DNA from: Saccostrea cucullata
Lineage: Eukaryota
Reading direction: 5' to 3'
Length of the DNA: 64,000 bases
NCBI RefSeq assembly: GCF_032062105.1
Contig: NW_026941489.1
Location: 62,001-126,000 of the forward strand
Under the pieces are notes generated by a model, which had not been told where the DNA came from, ran no database searches, and saw nothing but the letters and a program-made list of their open reading frames with translations. The translations under genes and the position numbers were made by a program. This document shows positions 59,831-64,000 of the stretch, one piece after another (position 1 is the first letter of the stretch; each line of letters begins with the position of its first letter).

Positions 59831-60077
59831 ATAGCCCTTGCTTTCCAGCTTCTCACAATGAAAATATGAGATGAAAAGTGGTCACACAATCATGAGAGAA
59901 ATTCAAGCTTAATGCCATATGATATTTGTGTTGTGTGTCACAGAGTACGGAACAGCCCTATGGATTTAAAAATTTCGATCTTTGTGAGATTAGGCAAATG
60001 TTGGAGATTTGATATCAAGTTTACATTAATGTTCATTAAAATTTTGTTATGAGATTTTACTTTTCCCTTTCTCTATT

Positions 60078-61310
60078 ACTCAGGGTAGAGTGCTCGCTCC
60101 GTGATTGGAAGGTGGTGAGTTCGAATCACGGCTGCAACTGAGGTATCAACAGTTCCTTTGCCAAGCACTCGGGACTTTGAAGTCAAAGTTGCGGGTCTTA
60201 AGGATGAGACCTTAGAAATTTATACCTTAGCTGTGTCATGCTTGACGTTGGCATAAGTACCGTCAACGATCAATGGACCTGAGTGTGCTGATGATTGTCT
60301 GCTGCACCGTAGGATAGCTAATGAGGAGGACATAATCACTCTCCAGGAAGACTTGAACCAGCTACAAGTATGGGAGTCTGAGTGGTTGATGAGCTTCAAC
60401 CCAGAGAAATGGAGTTATACGCATCACCAACAAAAGGCGTATAATTGAGGCCAATTATTCCATCCATGGCCAAATTGGCAGTTCACCACCAAAGCAAAGT
60501 ATCTGGGCGTTACCATCGATAAAAAGTTCAATTGGGGACCACATATGAACAACATCACAAGAAAAGCCAACAACACCACTGCTTTCCTGAGTCGTAACCT
60601 TTCTGGTTGCCCACGGTCCATCAAGGCAACCAGCTATAAGACCCTAGTGACACCTCAGGTAGAATATGCCTCTACAGTATGGGATCATACCAACAAGACC
60701 CACATTAATAAGATAGAAGCGGTACAACGAAGGCTGCACGTTACATCATGGGCGACTGCAGCAGGGAGAGCAGAGTTACATCCATGCTCAATCAACTCCA
60801 TCTTGATACCCTGCAGACCAGACCGATAACATCACAAGCCATCATGATGTACAGGATCGTAAATGGCTACACTGACATACCATCTGGTCATTTACATCCT
60901 GTAAACAGCTGTAACACTAGAGGACATACTCTGAGGTTCCTACAACCATTCTGACACCTAAAATATTATCAGGACTCCTTCTTTCCAGCCGTAGTAGTAA
61001 TCTGGAACTCACTTACACCAGCCATAGTGACAGCTGATTCGCTCGAGGCTTTCAAAGCTTGAATCAGCCCCAGATCCTACCCATTTTAAAAATTGAAGAT
61101 TTTGTCCAGATTTTAACGAGGCCTTCCTCAGCATGATTTTAATCTTTTAAACATGTGCGATAATGCCCAACTTTGGTGCCAGGCACATTATTAGAAGAAG
61201 ATGCCGAGTAAAGGTCTCAATTTGAAGTCCTTCGAATGGCTTCTTCGTAAACAAATTGGCAGGCAAGAAAATACGATTTCAACTGATTGGATTTCTGTAA
61301 ACAGATATCT
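60078..61310 (+). mobile_element. tRNA-derived SINE split by a LINE insertion
   Basis: A box-like TACTCAGGGTAGAG and B box GAGTTCGAATC. The body breaks at ...GACCTGAGTG (60285) and resumes at TGCCGAGTAAAGGTCTCAATTTGAAGTCCTTC (61202). Confidence 0.65.
60286..61201 (+). mobile_element. 3' fragment of a CR1/L2-group LINE
   Basis: ADDCLLHRRI...LQEDLNQLQVWESEWLMSFNPEK, KYLGVTID, YKTLVTPQVEYASTVWD, IEAVQRR, SFFP...WNSL, with an (AGA)n tail. Confidence 0.85.
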
Positions 61311-61373
61311 TTTTTTTCCAAATTTAACAACACCTAATAATATCTGCATATGTATGCAAGGGAATTCAGCGTG

Positions 61374-61491
61374 CACAGGCACCTGACGTTACTTTTTTTT
61401 CCTTTTAATTAAAAAAAACCCTTATCTTATAATAAACCGGTTTATTATAAGGTAAGGGTAAAGAAAAAATAAGTAACGTCAGGTGCCTGTG
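61374..61491. mobile_element. Fold-back MITE with CACAG termini, flanked by a 51-bp direct repeat
   Basis: CACAGGCACCTGACGTTACTT ... TTATAATAAACCGGTTTATTATAA ... AAGTAACGTCAGGTGCCTGTG; direct repeats at 61318-61368 and 61499-61549. Confidence 0.8.
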
Positions 61492-62490
61492 ACCTTAACC
61501 AAATTTAACAACACCTAATAATATCTGCATATGTATGCAAGGGAATTCATTAAAGAATGCTACGATAACACGGGGCAATCTACAAAGAACAGCTATAACA
61601 AATGTTTTATAATGAAATAAGAAATTCCGTATCATCTTTTTTCCAGCGCAATAATTTTCAAAATAAATAAAAGACTCAATATTTACCGACCATTTGTCAT
61701 CAAGATATTCAAAAAAGACAGATAAGAAGTTTAATAGGATTCCAATGGGCGATAAAAAGATTTGCTGGTCGTCTATTTATTCCTTTGAAATGCCGGTGCT
61801 CTTGATCAGCTATGTACATATTCCACGAGAAAGGGTTGTTTAACAACAGACATTACACAATAAAGGCCGATTAAATATCTATAAACATAAAAAGATTATA
61901 TTTATTTTCATCTCCGCGATACCCAGGGGAGAGAGAAACCTTTCTATTTATACATATTTAGAAATTGTATGGAAAATTAATCCATGTGCTATGAACTGTA
62001 TGATGTAAAAAACACCTTGATAAATTGCTTGTGCATTTTTTAAACACAAAGAATAGTCATGCTAATGAAACCTTTGGCAAGAAAAGTAGGTATACTTCGA
62101 TATACATAAACAAATATACAGCAATAAGAGAGTAAAAGATAACTATGTAAAGGCAAAACCTTCTTTCATTTAAATACCTTTATTAGGTTTTTTGTGGCAG
62201 GAACATTGTTATCTCCTAAATTTAAAAACAAAAGTGAATAACTTATCAGTCTCTCACGCTGAAGTAGGAATTCAATCTATTGTTCATTTTCTACAGCAAT
62301 AATTAAACTGCCTGTAAGCGCCCAAAAAACAACCTTGTTCCTTTGTCCTAGCGAAACGAGTTGATTGTTGACTTTTGCAATACCAACCATAAGTAATACT
62401 AAACACACTCCTCTACGATGAATTCTACCATCAGTTTTATAGGTCCGGGTATCAATCCTCAGTTTAAATCCAAAAATCAGTTTCACATCA

Positions 62491-62835
62491 TCAATTTTGC
62501 TGAGAGGGTTCGTAGTACTTATGATTGATTTTGTGTGCTAAAGACTGCGAGCTTTTAGAATCACTTTTGCTTTCCTCCAACATGAGTTTTCTCCTCATTA
62601 TATCTTCCGCGGCTCTCTGTTTCTTTTTTAAGTCATGGAGGTACATCATAATACCAAAAGAGTCTCCGTATCTCATAGATTTTGCCACATTGGACTGTAC
62701 GGCCGGGGAAACCATGTCTCTGTAATTAATGTCAAAAATGTTGGGATAAATGAATCCTCCGATGATTTCCTCCGCCGGTTCCTCCTGAGGAACAGGGGTG
62801 GCGGAAGCTTCCTCCGTCTCCAAGTCCTCCGACAT
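62491..62835 (-). CDS. Small hypothetical protein (114 aa), acidic N-terminus and basic/helical C-terminal half
   Basis: Open frame with protein-like composition and raised GC, an in-frame stop just upstream of the ATG, and minus-strand AATAAA ~300 nt downstream (62179-62184). No recognisable domain. Confidence 0.55.
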   Translation of the reverse strand: MSEDLETEEASATPVPQEEPAEEIIGGFIYPNIFDINYRDMVSPAVQSNVAKSMRYGDSFGIMMYLHDLKKKQRAAEDIMRRKLMLEESKSDSKSSQSLAHKINHKYYEPSQQN

Positions 62836-64000
62836 CCTCCCAAATTAGATAAAACCAACTCTAGATCTGTGAATTTCAACGTCTTAATCACTCAATTAAA
62901 ATCAGAGAAGATTCATGTGTATCAACAGTAGCTGTCCATGAAGTTAAGCACAAACAAATCATTACTGGTCCAATATCGATGTCAGTAACAGGTTGACATG
63001 AGAAAGCGTAAAATTATCCTTCTTTATAAATATTTGTCTGTCGCTTTTCAAACAGTCCACTTGCTCTTCTTTTCTTCCATTTAAATATTTTTACCAATAG
63101 TCTCGTAATTTATCAAGTAATCAGGAGCTCTCGCTAAACACACTTGAGAATGCATGCAATGATATTCATTTTTAAATGTCCAGATGCGCACGTAATGTGT
63201 ACCTTTCCCCTTCCTCGCTTCTTTGTAGAGCACTTGCAGCGCAAAACGATTCCTCTATGTTACATGGATTTTTTGGAGAGACTGCCAACAAATGGGTATC
63301 CCGCCAAGATATGCTTCTTATTCCTCGTATTTACGATTGTATATAGACAATATCCCAGATTTACAGCTTTTAGTTCCCCTATCAACTTCTAAGTGTCATC
63401 TATTGAATTTATGGCTATAAACAAAATACAGAAATTAAACCTACATGGCTATCCAGTAATGCTGTGTTTGTTCAATCAGAGTCCCTGAAACACATTAGTT
63501 GTACCTTTCAATGTTATCAAGAAATACCAAACCAACACGAAAAGGCCCTAATCTACTTCCCTCCCTCTCCTTTGTCACTTTTGAGGCAAACAAAAGACTC
63601 TTTCTCCAGGGCCGAAATATAAATATCAATAGGACCATTAATATTAATTCATCAATTCCATATACATATTCTTTGCTCACCTGTGCGGGAATCAACAAAA
63701 TGACATAAAAAGAAATTAAGTTTTTTAACGAAACGCTGATCAAAGGTGACTTAATAATACGAGATACATCATAAGTACTGTCGAGGGCCTGCACAGCTAA
63801 CAAGACGCAATATTTTAACGTAAACATCGGTAAATGACAATGGATTTTCGAAAAGATGTACTTGAAAGTTTCCATATTACTCTATTTATTAAAGAAAAAT
63901 TTGAAAAAAAATTTTTATACCTTTACAACACTTAAACCAAAGTTTTCAATAATGACAGGTGAACTTAAATAATTAACCTGACAAAAAATGAAATGCACTC

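Noticed and set aside
63495-63875. 126-aa hydrophobic ORF
   Set aside because: AT-rich composition, no motif, and overlapping ORFs of similar quality on the other strand.

Overview
AT-rich, intron-rich eukaryotic DNA, most consistent with an oyster (Ostreidae), judging from Cg170-like Helentron repeats, Pearl/HINE-type elements, Naiad-type Penelope fragments and a bivalve-type SINE. Host genes were reconstructed by hand from splice sites and reading frame. (1) A 5'-incomplete + strand gene (872-8416) encodes a helical N-terminal region, two tandem tyrosine-kinase-fold pseudokinase domains and a Tyr-rich tail. (2,3) Two tandem paralogous 12-exon receptors (12094-20815, 21766-37046) each have a signal peptide, four L1/neuroglian-type Ig domains, a TM helix and a Tyr-motif cytoplasmic tail. 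(4,5) Two minus-strand CAP/SCP paralogs lie at 40897-44606 and 48346-51896. (6) A small orphan ORF lies at 62491-62835. The mobile fraction is large: an 8.2-kb 5'-truncated L1/Tx1-type LINE carrying a complete two-gene Harbinger, many non-autonomous Helentrons, Naiad-type fragments, a CR1/L2-type LINE inside a SINE, Tc1/mariner remnants and several MITEs. The most notable observation is a non-autonomous Helentron inside a coding exon of receptor 1. Its own subterminal inverted repeats supply a GT donor and a CAG acceptor that would splice out 1200 nt in frame, making it a candidate Helentron-born intron. The tandem pseudokinase next to the Tyr-tailed 4-Ig receptors is a candidate undescribed immune signalling module. 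No database searches were run, so all family calls rest on recognised motifs.
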